Assembly (NCBI GenBank): GCA_016840165.1
Contig: JAEOSU010000076.1
Coordinates: 32,001 to 96,000 of the forward strand
Direction of reading: 5' to 3'
Length of the DNA stretch: 64,000 nt
From: Promethearchaeota archaeon
GTDB taxonomy: Archaea > Asgardarchaeota > Lokiarchaeia > Sigyniarchaeales > SOKP01
Within the stretch, counting starts at the first letter, position 1. Each line of letters begins with the position of its first letter. Under the pieces are notes generated by a model. That model did not search any database. It was not told the origin of the DNA and worked only from the letters and a program-made list of their open reading frames with translations. Made by a program: the position numbers and the translations under genes. Positions 38,313 through 47,640 of the stretch are shown here, piece after piece.

Positions 38313-38642
38313 TTGAAAATGAATGAATTTCCAGAATTTATAAAGGAATTGTTTGAGGAAGTTGAAGGGAAAAATGAAAAACAACAGGTTTCCATATTTA
38401 CACTTAGCACTTGCATGTGGTGCAAGAAATGCAAAGCTTATCTGAAGGATAGAAATGTAAAATATAAATATATTGATGTTGATAGTATTACTGCTGATCA
38501 AAAATCACAAATCTTGCAATTCTTACGAGAAAATTACAAACCTGATAGGATTGCTTATCCATTTTTAGTATGTGATGATAAATTCGTGGTGGGATATGAT
38601 CCTAATAAATATGAAGAATTAATAAAACCGGAGGGGAACTAA
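38313..38642 (+). CDS. Glutaredoxin (NrdH-like)
   Basis: FTLSTCMWCKKCKAYL, AYPFLV, VVGYD. Confidence 0.9.
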   Translation: MKMNEFPEFIKELFEEVEGKNEKQQVSIFTLSTCMWCKKCKAYLKDRNVKYKYIDVDSITADQKSQILQFLRENYKPDRIAYPFLVCDDKFVVGYDPNKYEELIKPEGN

Positions 38643-38643
38643 G

Positions 38644-39009
38644 TTGGATATGAAAACTAAAGAAGGTATGAAGCAGTATGTGGAACAGGTTAGCAAAAAA
38701 AATGACTGGATTCTGAATATGGATAGCAATACCTTTAATGATTTGATCGATGGATTGGTTGATAATTTTCAGAAGTATGGTTATCAATCTTGTCCTTGTC
38801 GCTTAGCATCGGGGAGCAGAGAGTTGGACCGAGATTTAATTTGCCCATGTGATTATGCTCCTTTAGATGTCAAAGAACATGGTGCTTGTTATTGCAATTT
38901 ATACATGCGTAATGATTTTTATGAAACGATTAAAAAAGATTATATTAATGTTCCCGAGCGCAGACCAGTAGAAAAAGAAAATGCGGTTTTAGAATATTTT
39001 AATGAATAA
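38644..39009 (+). CDS. Ferredoxin:thioredoxin reductase catalytic subunit
   Basis: GL..N..KYG..SCPCR, ICPC, GACYC.LY; starts 1 nt after the glutaredoxin stop. Confidence 0.92.
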   Translation: MDMKTKEGMKQYVEQVSKKNDWILNMDSNTFNDLIDGLVDNFQKYGYQSCPCRLASGSRELDRDLICPCDYAPLDVKEHGACYCNLYMRNDFYETIKKDYINVPERRPVEKENAVLEYFNE

Positions 39010-39207
39010 AATTCGCATTAAATCAATCAAATCCAATTTCTATTATCAAATTTTATTTCAATTTTTTATAAGTATCGGGTAAGTCTTTAATTATTATATT
39101 TTATTTAGTTCTCCTTCATTTGGAATTTCTAATAAGCGGTATTAGTTATTTTTCTTTTATTAATTAAAGAGATCAATTTTAAATAGTTTCATATTTAGTT
39201 AGTCCAT

Positions 39208-39813
39208 ATGGAGCAAATTATCTTTTATATAGGAGCGGGTGTATTCACCCTCACTAGCTTTACATTCCTTCTATTAAAAAAAAAGAATCCTAAAGTTGCT
39301 TCCTTGAATATGATTGTAAACGTCGTAACCATTGTTTCATATCTTCTCATGGTTAGTGGATTATTTGTAGCTTCTGCGATGAGTGGCGATGCGATATACT
39401 GGACAAGATGGGCTTTCTATGCTGTAAGTTGTTCGTTCTTGATGGTTGAAATTTCCATGCTTCTGGGTATAGATAAACAGGATAAACTAGAAATTATTGT
39501 ATTTAACTCCTTGGTCATGATAACAGGATTATTTGCTAGTATATCAGAAGGCATTATCAAATGGCTCTTTTTCACACTAAGTTCTTTAGCTTATTTATAT
39601 GTACTTTTTCACATATTCAAGAAGCGATCCAATGCAAAATTTATCGTTGTTTTTGTTGCAATCTTTTGGTCTGGATTTCCAATAATCTGGATATTATCTC
39701 CTTCGGGATTAATGCTAATTGATGCATTTTGGACGGCGTTATTTTACCTTGTGCTTGATTTGATCACAAAGGTGTATTTTGGATATCATACAACTCTGAA
39801 ATATTCTAAATAA
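39208..39813 (+). CDS. Schizorhodopsin (retinal-binding, predicted inward H+ pump)
   Basis: 201 aa, 7 TM. Helix C R67-W-A-F70-Y-A-V-S74-C75...E81 (FSE motif); helix F W154-S-G-F-P; helix G D184-x3-K188. Confidence 0.93.
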   Translation: MEQIIFYIGAGVFTLTSFTFLLLKKKNPKVASLNMIVNVVTIVSYLLMVSGLFVASAMSGDAIYWTRWAFYAVSCSFLMVEISMLLGIDKQDKLEIIVFNSLVMITGLFASISEGIIKWLFFTLSSLAYLYVLFHIFKKRSNAKFIVVFVAIFWSGFPIIWILSPSGLMLIDAFWTALFYLVLDLITKVYFGYHTTLKYSK

Positions 39814-39949
39814 AAAATAATATAACTTTTTTTTATATTTCTTAATTATTTTATGTCTTCTTATAAAAATCATTTTAAATCTTCCTTAGCAAGGCATCTT
39901 TATAGAATATAATCTATACAGATAAATATCCATTTTCAATACTATTTAT

Positions 39950-40105
39950 ATGCCAGAAAATGAAATCACTGATGATGAGTTAGAAGAGGAATTAGAAAAA
40001 GCATTAAAGGAAAATGAAGCTAAACGAGACCATTGTGGTACTGCCCTTCCAACTAATCGGGAAGTCGGAATACAAAGAACTGACGTTAAGATAAAAAAGG
40101 ATTAA
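39950..40105 (+). CDS. Small protein with acidic N-terminus (51 aa), missing from the ORF track
   Basis: MPENEITDDELEEELEKALKENEAKRDHCGTALPTNREVGIQRTDVKIKKD; purine-rich coding-like composition, T8 tract after the stop. Confidence 0.65.
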   Translation: MPENEITDDELEEELEKALKENEAKRDHCGTALPTNREVGIQRTDVKIKKD

Positions 40106-40174
40106 AAACAATTTTTTTTATATTTTATTTTCAATTTATTATCATTACTATTCCAACTTTTTTAGGTGATTTAA

Positions 40175-41158
40175 ATAAAGCAGCGAATTAAAGGACGAAG
40201 AAACTTTCCTACCGATGAGGTGGATCCTGAGAATTTCCTTAGCGATGATGAAGTAAAAGAATTAATAAAAAACAAAGACGAGTATAGTTTTCAGCAAGAG
40301 GATTATTTGAAGCTTTATAACTGCGTGCATTGTGGTGAATGTGACACAGAAATCGAACGAATGGAATTAAAAGAAAAATTCTTGAATGATGGAAATATTT
40401 TTGATGAATATAATGCAATGTTGGAATGTTTTGAAAAGTTTCGTTCTCCCTATCCTACTAACGAGATGCGCATTAAAAAGCCAGAAACTATTCCGAAAGA
40501 ATCTGATACTCTTTTCTTTATGGGTTGCCTATCAACGATAAGGATTCCAAGATATACTGAACATGCATTGCAATATCTTTTGAAGCAAAATATCGATTTT
40601 ACTACTCTTGAGAATGAAATCTGTTGTGGTTGGCATCTAATTTCATCGGGCTTAACTAAGGAATTTAACGTATGTAAACAAGAAAACATTGAAATTTTTG
40701 AAAAATATAAAAAGATAATTTGCTTATGCCCTGCATGCTATTTTTTGTTTAACGAATATTATAAACCAGAAATGAAAACTGACATTAAGATCGACTATAT
40801 CAGTGATTATTTGAAACCTTCAAAAGAAAAAAAAGAAGGATCTATTGCTATTCAACACTTATGTCAGTTAAAGAACCGCGGAAGGGAGGGAGTTGATAAA
40901 TTTGTTGAAGGCATACTTGAGAAAAGTGGGTATGACGTAAAAAATGTGCCTCATTGGTGTTGTGGAGGAGGAACAGGTTGGTTGAATCGAACAGATATTA
41001 TTGAAGCAATTGCTAGAAAGAGAATGGGAGATTTCGATAATACCGGAACCGATTATGTAACAACTTATTGTCCCTCTTGTTGGTGGATTTTATATAGATT
41101 TGGTAAGAAATGCAAGATTAAACCAGAAATTAGGGATCTATTTGAACTACTTCTTTAG
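40175..41158 (+). CDS. CCG-domain Fe-S oxidoreductase (HdrD/GlpC-like), copy 1
   Basis: CVHCGEC; FMGC...ICCG...CPAC; QHLC...CCGGG...YCPSC. Start placed at ATA 40175 after AGGTGA; the track start is GTG 40220. Confidence 0.85.
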   Translation: MKQRIKGRRNFPTDEVDPENFLSDDEVKELIKNKDEYSFQQEDYLKLYNCVHCGECDTEIERMELKEKFLNDGNIFDEYNAMLECFEKFRSPYPTNEMRIKKPETIPKESDTLFFMGCLSTIRIPRYTEHALQYLLKQNIDFTTLENEICCGWHLISSGLTKEFNVCKQENIEIFEKYKKIICLCPACYFLFNEYYKPEMKTDIKIDYISDYLKPSKEKKEGSIAIQHLCQLKNRGREGVDKFVEGILEKSGYDVKNVPHWCCGGGTGWLNRTDIIEAIARKRMGDFDNTGTDYVTTYCPSCWWILYRFGKKCKIKPEIRDLFELLL

Positions 41159-41168
41159 TTTTTGAACC

Positions 41169-42164
41169 ATGAGTGAAGATTATATTTGTCCTTGTCGAGA
41201 GATTGACCCTGAGCATTTTCTATCGAATGAAGAGGTCCTTGAGTTATTATCGAAAGAAAATTACAATTTTAAAGAACATGATTATTACAGGATATTCAAT
41301 TGTATCCACTGTAATGCATGTGGCACTTCTGAGGAGAGATTTTTATTAAAAGAAAAATTTCTAAAAAATGGGTATCAGATTGAAGGTTTAAATCAGATTA
41401 TTTCTAATTTTGAGAAATTTAAAAGCCCTTTTATTCATAATAAAAGTCGTGTGAAACCTATTGAGGGTATTCCTTCAGAAAGTAGTACTTTACTTTATTT
41501 AGGGTGTTTTACTACTGTCAAGACACCAAAATATGCCGAAAATATAATTAGATATTTATTAAAAGAAGAGGTTGATTTTTGCACCTTAGAGGAGGAGATT
41601 TGCTGCGGATATCCGATCCTATGTATGGGTGAGATAAGTTTTTATAATAAAATTGTAAAAGAAAATCTTCAATTATTTAAGTCCAAAGGATTTAATAGAA
41701 TCATAACTGTGTGCCCTAGTTGTTATATGGTGTTTAAAAAACATTATAGTGACCATGGAATTAGAGTAAATTACTTTACAGATTATTTAAAGCCAGTTTA
41801 TCCTAAAAAGAGGGGGAATCTTATCATTCAACATGCATGCCCCTTAAAAAATGGAGAAATTCCGGGAATAGCCGATGATCTTGAACATTTATTTAGTGAA
41901 AGTGGATATAATGTATTGAATGAAGTTCCGAGAGATTGTTGTGGATTTGGTGTAGGACATCAATTACGAGTGGATATATCAGAGGCTATCGCGATGAAAA
42001 GAATGAAAGATTTTACTGAAGAGGGCGGATACGTAAAAAATTTAGAGGGTGAAAATAATTTCATTACAAGTTATTGTCCAGATGCTTTCTGGGTCTTGAG
42101 AGCTTATGGTCGAAAGCAAAGAATTCCCTTTAAAGTTAAGGATATGTGCGATTTATTATTATAA
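41169..42164 (+). CDS. CCG-domain Fe-S oxidoreductase (HdrD/GlpC-like), copy 2
   Basis: CPC, CIHCNAC; YLGC...ICCG...CPSC; QHAC...CCGFG...YCPDA. Collinear paralog of the upstream gene. Confidence 0.88.
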   Translation: MSEDYICPCREIDPEHFLSNEEVLELLSKENYNFKEHDYYRIFNCIHCNACGTSEERFLLKEKFLKNGYQIEGLNQIISNFEKFKSPFIHNKSRVKPIEGIPSESSTLLYLGCFTTVKTPKYAENIIRYLLKEEVDFCTLEEEICCGYPILCMGEISFYNKIVKENLQLFKSKGFNRIITVCPSCYMVFKKHYSDHGIRVNYFTDYLKPVYPKKRGNLIIQHACPLKNGEIPGIADDLEHLFSESGYNVLNEVPRDCCGFGVGHQLRVDISEAIAMKRMKDFTEEGGYVKNLEGENNFITSYCPDAFWVLRAYGRKQRIPFKVKDMCDLLL

Positions 42165-42311
42165 TTCTAAATTTGTAGTTTGAAAATCTACTTTTAAAAA
42201 CTAATTATGTAAAAATCAAGGTTTCAACATTAATTTTATAATTTAAACGAATAAATATTTTAAAAGTTCATAGCCATATTGAACTTAGATTAACCAGATT
42301 TGGGTGTTATT

Positions 42312-43004
42312 ATGCTATTTTCAGAAAATGAATTGAACAATGTTAAAAGAGAAATGAGCAAGCTAAAGAATAAAGTAGTTCTTAAATTATTTACTGATTT
42401 TAAAACGCAAGAAGATGGATCTAAGTCAAGATTGTGTATGTCTTGTGAGGGAACTCATGAATTGCTGAAATCATTGGAGGATTTATCGAATGGGAAATTA
42501 ACTATTGAGGAATTATCAATAGAAGAACATAGTGAAGAAGCAAGAAAATATAATGTTATCAGAATTCCCGCAATTCTATTCGTGGATGATAGTGGAAAAG
42601 AGATTATCCGATATTCCGCTCATCCTACGGGATCGGAGTTTGTACCCTTTTTAAATAGCATACAATATTTTTCTGGGGTTAGGCCATTTTATGCCGATCA
42701 GATACTTACGCATTTGAAAAAAATTGAAAAGTCAAATATGAAGATATTTATTACACCCACATGTCCTTATTGTCCTGTAACAGTACCGGTGTTAACATTA
42801 TTCGCAATAGTTTCTAAAGGGAAGATAACAGCTGAAGTTATTGATGTTAATTTAAATCCAGATATCGCAATGAAGTATCAAGTTCAAGGAGTACCCCATA
42901 CTGTTATAAACGAGAAAGATCATATTTATGGCATGTTTTCGCCCCAGGATTTATTAGATAAACTTACAAAAGGAGAAAGAGATTTTGGGGGAATGTATGC
43001 TTAA
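42312..43004 (+). CDS. Protein disulfide oxidoreductase (PDO, AhpF-N-like), copy 1
   Basis: Two thioredoxin folds: CMSC, RIP, P.GSEF, TPTCPYCP, GVP. ATG at 42312 after GGGTG. Confidence 0.9.
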   Translation: MLFSENELNNVKREMSKLKNKVVLKLFTDFKTQEDGSKSRLCMSCEGTHELLKSLEDLSNGKLTIEELSIEEHSEEARKYNVIRIPAILFVDDSGKEIIRYSAHPTGSEFVPFLNSIQYFSGVRPFYADQILTHLKKIEKSNMKIFITPTCPYCPVTVPVLTLFAIVSKGKITAEVIDVNLNPDIAMKYQVQGVPHTVINEKDHIYGMFSPQDLLDKLTKGERDFGGMYA

Positions 43005-43025
43005 TTCGATGAGGTGATTTGAAAA

Positions 43026-43709
43026 TTGTCTCAGGATGATAAATATCGAGAAATAATTAAAAAAGAAATGGCAAAATTAACTAAACTTGTAAAGCTAAAA
43101 GTATTCACATCTCAAAGTGCTAAGCCAGATGGTACAAAAGTAAGAGCTTGCATGGATTGTGGACAATTTATGTCATTATTGAGAATCTATGAAGAAAATT
43201 CTAATGGTTTACTTACTATTGAAGAGCTTAGTATTGATGAGAATCCAGAATTTGCGAAGAGATATGACATTCAAAGAGTCCCAACAATATTATTTATCGA
43301 TAATCATGGAAATGAACTAATTAGATATTTAGCAGCTCCTCAGGGTGGAGAAATTCAACCATTTATTCAAGCAATATTTACATTCGCAGGGGCTCCTAAT
43401 TATTATGAAGCTGCAATAAAACAGAATCTTAACAGAATTTCACCAGCCATAATCAAAGTCATGATTACTAACTCATGTCCATATTGTCCTCAAGTTGTTT
43501 CTATAAGTAATCAATTTGCTCTTGCAGCTGAGGGAAAAATTCGGACGATTATTATCGATATTTTAGCAAATCCGGATATCGGTCAATATTATGACGCTTC
43601 AGGAGTTCCATATACTATCATAAATGATAAAAAAACTTTAGCAGGTATGGTAGGTCCGAATGAGATAATAAGAGAGTTAATTGGGAGTAATAAAAGGGTA
43701 CAATATTAA
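43026..43709 (+). CDS. Protein disulfide oxidoreductase (PDO), copy 2
   Basis: CMDC, RVPT, PQGGE, CPYCP, GVP; GAGGTGA SD. Confidence 0.9.
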   Translation: MSQDDKYREIIKKEMAKLTKLVKLKVFTSQSAKPDGTKVRACMDCGQFMSLLRIYEENSNGLLTIEELSIDENPEFAKRYDIQRVPTILFIDNHGNELIRYLAAPQGGEIQPFIQAIFTFAGAPNYYEAAIKQNLNRISPAIIKVMITNSCPYCPQVVSISNQFALAAEGKIRTIIIDILANPDIGQYYDASGVPYTIINDKKTLAGMVGPNEIIRELIGSNKRVQY

Positions 43710-43742
43710 TTTTAAATATATAGTTCTTGAAAAAGGAGAGAT

Positions 43743-44396
43743 GTGATAATTTTGCCCGCGTCATATATTATTGAAAAAATGTTAAAGGAAGAAATGAGTA
43801 AAATATTGCATCCAATTACAGTTAAAGTGTTTATTAACGAGAAAAATCAATCACAAACAAGTGAAATTATATCGAGACTAAAAAAGATTGAAGAGATTTC
43901 CAATGATAAGTTACAATTTGAGATATTATCTATTCATAATAAGAATGATTTAGTTGAAAAATATCAAATAGAAAGGTTACCTACAATATTATTTACTGAT
44001 GCTGAAGGAAAAGAGCTTATTCGTTATTTATCAGTACCGCAAGGCAGCGAACTTAGACCGTTTATCCAAGCACTTCAATTACTCTCTGGTGAGAAAAACT
44101 ATTATGAACCAGTCCTTAGAGAAAATGTGAGGAATATTAAATTTTCAAAAATTAAAGTGATGGTATCTAAATCGTGTGCTTATTGCCCTGAATTGATAAC
44201 CCTTGTGTCCCAGTTTGCCTTGGGAACCTCGGGAAAAATTAAAGCAGAAATTATTGATATATGCGAAAATCCAGATATTGGAAATCAATATAATATTGAA
44301 ACGGTTCCCTATATGGTGATTAATGATGGGAGCCCTATTATAGGTTTAATTAGTCCCTATGAATTATTGGAGCAAATTTTAAGTAATGGTACATAA
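43743..44396 (+). CDS. Protein disulfide oxidoreductase (PDO), copy 3, lacking the N-terminal CxxC
   Basis: RLPT, PQGSE, CAYCP, TVP; no Cys in the first thioredoxin unit. Confidence 0.85.
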   Translation: MIILPASYIIEKMLKEEMSKILHPITVKVFINEKNQSQTSEIISRLKKIEEISNDKLQFEILSIHNKNDLVEKYQIERLPTILFTDAEGKELIRYLSVPQGSELRPFIQALQLLSGEKNYYEPVLRENVRNIKFSKIKVMVSKSCAYCPELITLVSQFALGTSGKIKAEIIDICENPDIGNQYNIETVPYMVINDGSPIIGLISPYELLEQILSNGT

Positions 44397-44419
44397 AGTT
44401 TGAATTATGAGGTTGAAAT

Positions 44420-45364
44420 ATGCTAAATATTGATATGGAAGGAATTGATTTAGAGAAGGTTTATGACCTTATAGTTTTAGGAGGAGGTCCTACTGCAATC
44501 GGATGTGCGATATATGCGAAACGCTTTGCAATGGATGTGTTGATAATTGGGAAAACTTATGGAGGTTTAATTGCAACAACTCATGTCGTAGAGAATTATC
44601 CTGCTATTTCCTCAATTAGTGGCCAAGGATTAATGGAAATGTTTAAAGAACATATGAATTCCCTCAATATTCCTTATATCTCCGATGAGATTAAGTCTAT
44701 TGAAAAATTAGATGACTACTTTGAATTACACTCTTTTTTCCAAAACTTTAAGGCTTATTCTGTATGTATAGCGACCGGATCAATTCGAAGAAAGCTGGGT
44801 ATATCAGGAGAAGAGGAATTTGCAGGAAGAGGTGTTTCTTACTGTGCAACTTGTGACGGTCCTTTTTATAAAGATAAGGTGGTCTGTGTTATCGGGGGAA
44901 GTGATTCTGCTGCAAAGGAAGCACTATTCCTAGCCCAAAATACAAGCAAGGTTTATATGATATATCGAGGCGAGGAAATACGAGCAGAACCAATAAATAA
45001 AAAGAGAGTTCTCGAAAACGACAAAATAGAAATAATATACAAAACAAATGTAGTTGAAATTATCGGAGAAGGAAAAGTAAAATCAATAGTTTTCGATAAT
45101 GGAAAAAAATTAGAGATTGATGGCGTTTTCATTGAAATTGGCTCGATTCCCAACTCTCAGATTGCAAAACGTATTGGAGTAGGACTTAATGAAAAAGACG
45201 AGATCAAAATTAATCGAAAATCTGAAACCAATATTCCAGGATTATTTGCTGCGGGAGATGTTGCTGACGCACCGTTCAAGCAAGCAATAACAGGGGTGGC
45301 AGAGGGTGTTATTGCAGCCTATTCTGCTTTTGATTATGTAAAAGAAATGAATATTGAATATTAG
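44420..45364 (+). CDS. trxB: Thioredoxin reductase
   Basis: GGGPTA, VENYP, IATG, GRGVSYCATCDG, GGSDSA, YR, FAAGD, QAIT. Confidence 0.95.
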   Translation: MLNIDMEGIDLEKVYDLIVLGGGPTAIGCAIYAKRFAMDVLIIGKTYGGLIATTHVVENYPAISSISGQGLMEMFKEHMNSLNIPYISDEIKSIEKLDDYFELHSFFQNFKAYSVCIATGSIRRKLGISGEEEFAGRGVSYCATCDGPFYKDKVVCVIGGSDSAAKEALFLAQNTSKVYMIYRGEEIRAEPINKKRVLENDKIEIIYKTNVVEIIGEGKVKSIVFDNGKKLEIDGVFIEIGSIPNSQIAKRIGVGLNEKDEIKINRKSETNIPGLFAAGDVADAPFKQAITGVAEGVIAAYSAFDYVKEMNIEY

Positions 45365-45440
45365 ATTTAAAGCATTTTTTGCTTTTATGTAAATTCTTTT
45401 TTATATTCTATTTTGTATTTGATCTATGTAATTATAGGAT

Positions 45441-45869
45441 ATGATTAGAAAAAATTATCGAAAATATTTCGGTTATTATATAATAATAGCTGTAATTTGG
45501 ATTATTTTGATTTTTTTATTGATAATTCTATTACAAAGATCATTACCTTTCACTGTGTCGCTATTTGTTAGTATTTTTTTGGTATCCTTTCCAATTTCTT
45601 TCATACTTGGTTTAAGATATTTTCTTATTAAACAAGATAGGCTGGAATTTGGATGGAATATAAGGAGTACAATAAAAACTCAAGTTCCTGTGTTTCAGGA
45701 TATAAATAACTTGAAAAATGAAATAAAAGCGAAAGTGTCTGAGTTGAGGTTTTTACAGCAGTATAAATTTAAGTCTTTTATAGTTGAGATCCAAAAAAAG
45801 AGACTCAAGAAAGAGTTGAAGATTCTGAGAAAACAATATATCAACATGAATCGTGATAATTTGTTATAA
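45441..45869 (+). CDS. Hypothetical protein, 2 TM helices plus a basic helical tail
   Basis: Two hydrophobic N-terminal segments and a Lys/Arg-rich C-terminus. Confidence 0.65.
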   Translation: MIRKNYRKYFGYYIIIAVIWIILIFLLIILLQRSLPFTVSLFVSIFLVSFPISFILGLRYFLIKQDRLEFGWNIRSTIKTQVPVFQDINNLKNEIKAKVSELRFLQQYKFKSFIVEIQKKRLKKELKILRKQYINMNRDNLL

Positions 45870-45986
45870 TAGACCCCTGCTAAATATTGAAAAAGTTTTT
45901 AGCTCTTTGATATCATGGAGTTTAAATTATTCTATTAAAATAAAATGGTACTCAGAAATTTTTAATAGAATGGAGAAGAATAATCA

Positions 45987-47300
45987 TTGTCTTGGCTTAG
46001 CAACATTCTAACTCTTATTCTAACCACGAGCAGTTACTTTCTCATCTATTTGTTATATTTAAAATATTTTAAAAAAAGGGGAAAATTATTTTGGAAGAGA
46101 ATAAAATTTAATAAGAAACATCGAACATTAAATACTATATTTGGACTTGGAATAATTTTATGTTTATGTAGCTCCTTAGCTTTATTCTGTTTCAATATCA
46201 GTCATCGTATTGCCTATTTAAACTTAGGTATATCTGGTGAATCGAAGTGGATTTACTCAAATGGACAAAAATATCTTCAAATTAATGCTGAAAACAATTA
46301 TGACTTAGGTTATCATACAGGATTCCATTTATCCTCTGAAATATTTAAAATGAGATTTTTACTTTCCATTTCTGAGAGTTCTTTTGGATTATCCTATTCC
46401 GAAATGATTAGTATATCTGAACAGTATCTACCATATATCCCACAGAAATACATTGAAGAAATGCAAGGTATTAGTGATGGTGCTACAGCAGGTAGTGGAT
46501 TCCCGATAAGTTTTACAGATATATTAGTTCAAAATGTAATTTTTGAAATTTTATATGGCCAAATTAATCCGCTCTCAGAATCAATAGATTTCACGTTAGG
46601 ATGTACGACCTTTGGCTCAAAAAATAACGACTCAACTATAATTGTTGGTCAGAATATGGATTTAGTTAAACCATTTTCTTGGGTACAATCATTCATTCTC
46701 CATAAGGTAGGTGATAATCCATATATTTTTACATATAGAATTGGTGGATGCTTGGCACTGCCCATGGGCAAAAATGAGTATGGGGTGACTATCATAACAA
46801 ATTTAGTTCAAACAAGATTAGTAGCTCCCATCATGACCCCCACGTTCGTTTTAATAAGAGAAGGACTTGAAAATATGTATAATATAGAAGATATATATAA
46901 AAATATGTTTCCAGAAAATAAAAGTGCATATAGTAGAAATTTCATAATTGCAAATACGACTTCTTTATTAACTGTTGAGTCATTACCTGAGAATCAAACA
47001 TTAATTTATCCTAATTCAACTGTGGTCCATTCTAACACCTATACAAATCCTAATTGGCAAAATTATTTGGTGGATCCACAATATTCCAAGGATAGACAGG
47101 TCTATGCTGAAAATTTACTAAATCTTGCCTATAATGATAATAAAATAAATAATGATGAGTTACTTACTATTTTAAAAGATTCACCTACAATATGTAGAGA
47201 TGAACAGGGTTTTATTGGAATGAGTACAGTAGCGTTCATGACATTCTATTCATTTGGATTAGGGAATCCAAATGGACATATTGGAATTATACCAATCTAA
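45987..47300 (+). CDS. Membrane-anchored peptidase C45 family (Ntn hydrolase)
   Basis: Two N-terminal TMs, YDLGY..G, EEMQGISDG, autocleavage site LG-CTT, GQNMD, G.NEYGV...N, HSN.Y, S..R. Confidence 0.85.
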   Translation: MSWLSNILTLILTTSSYFLIYLLYLKYFKKRGKLFWKRIKFNKKHRTLNTIFGLGIILCLCSSLALFCFNISHRIAYLNLGISGESKWIYSNGQKYLQINAENNYDLGYHTGFHLSSEIFKMRFLLSISESSFGLSYSEMISISEQYLPYIPQKYIEEMQGISDGATAGSGFPISFTDILVQNVIFEILYGQINPLSESIDFTLGCTTFGSKNNDSTIIVGQNMDLVKPFSWVQSFILHKVGDNPYIFTYRIGGCLALPMGKNEYGVTIITNLVQTRLVAPIMTPTFVLIREGLENMYNIEDIYKNMFPENKSAYSRNFIIANTTSLLTVESLPENQTLIYPNSTVVHSNTYTNPNWQNYLVDPQYSKDRQVYAENLLNLAYNDNKINNDELLTILKDSPTICRDEQGFIGMSTVAFMTFYSFGLGNPNGHIGIIPI

Positions 47301-47331
47301 ACAGATAATAATTATAATTAAAAAAAAGTTT

Positions 47332-47640
47332 TTATTCGATTGGAACGTCTATAGCCCCTTCCATCCGATCCTTAAAAGGTACATCAACCTTCAATATACC
47401 ATTTTTGTATATAGCTTTAGATTTATCTGCAGAAACCGGACAACATATTGCATATGAGCCAACGTAGACCGTATTATCGGTTTCACCCTTTATAAAGAAA
47501 GAATCTTCATGCATCTTTAGAATTATTGTATCCTTTTCTACTCCAGGCATCGTTATTTCTATATGGTATTTATCTTGCTCATCATCGGCCCAAGCACAAA
47601 TATCTGGAGAGACTACATATTTTTCTTTACCTTCAGACAC
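47332..47640 (-). CDS. Hsp20/alpha-crystallin family small heat-shock protein
   Basis: IEITMPGVEK..I, A.YKNGIL.V.VP; AGGTGA SD before the GTG start. Confidence 0.9.
   Translation of the reverse strand: MSEGKEKYVVSPDICAWADDEQDKYHIEITMPGVEKDTIILKMHEDSFFIKGETDNTVYVGSYAICCPVSADKSKAIYKNGILKVDVPFKDRMEGAIDVPIE

Noticed and set aside
39208-39813. Bacteriorhodopsin, proteorhodopsin or heliorhodopsin
   Set aside because: The helix C motif is F-S-E rather than DTD/DTE, and helix G is DxxxK rather than the SxxxK of heliorhodopsins.
40175-42164. Evidence for methanogenesis (Hdr-like genes, corrinoid protein, CdhE)
   Set aside because: No mcr, mtr or hdrA/C/E in the window; these families are widespread in non-methanogens.
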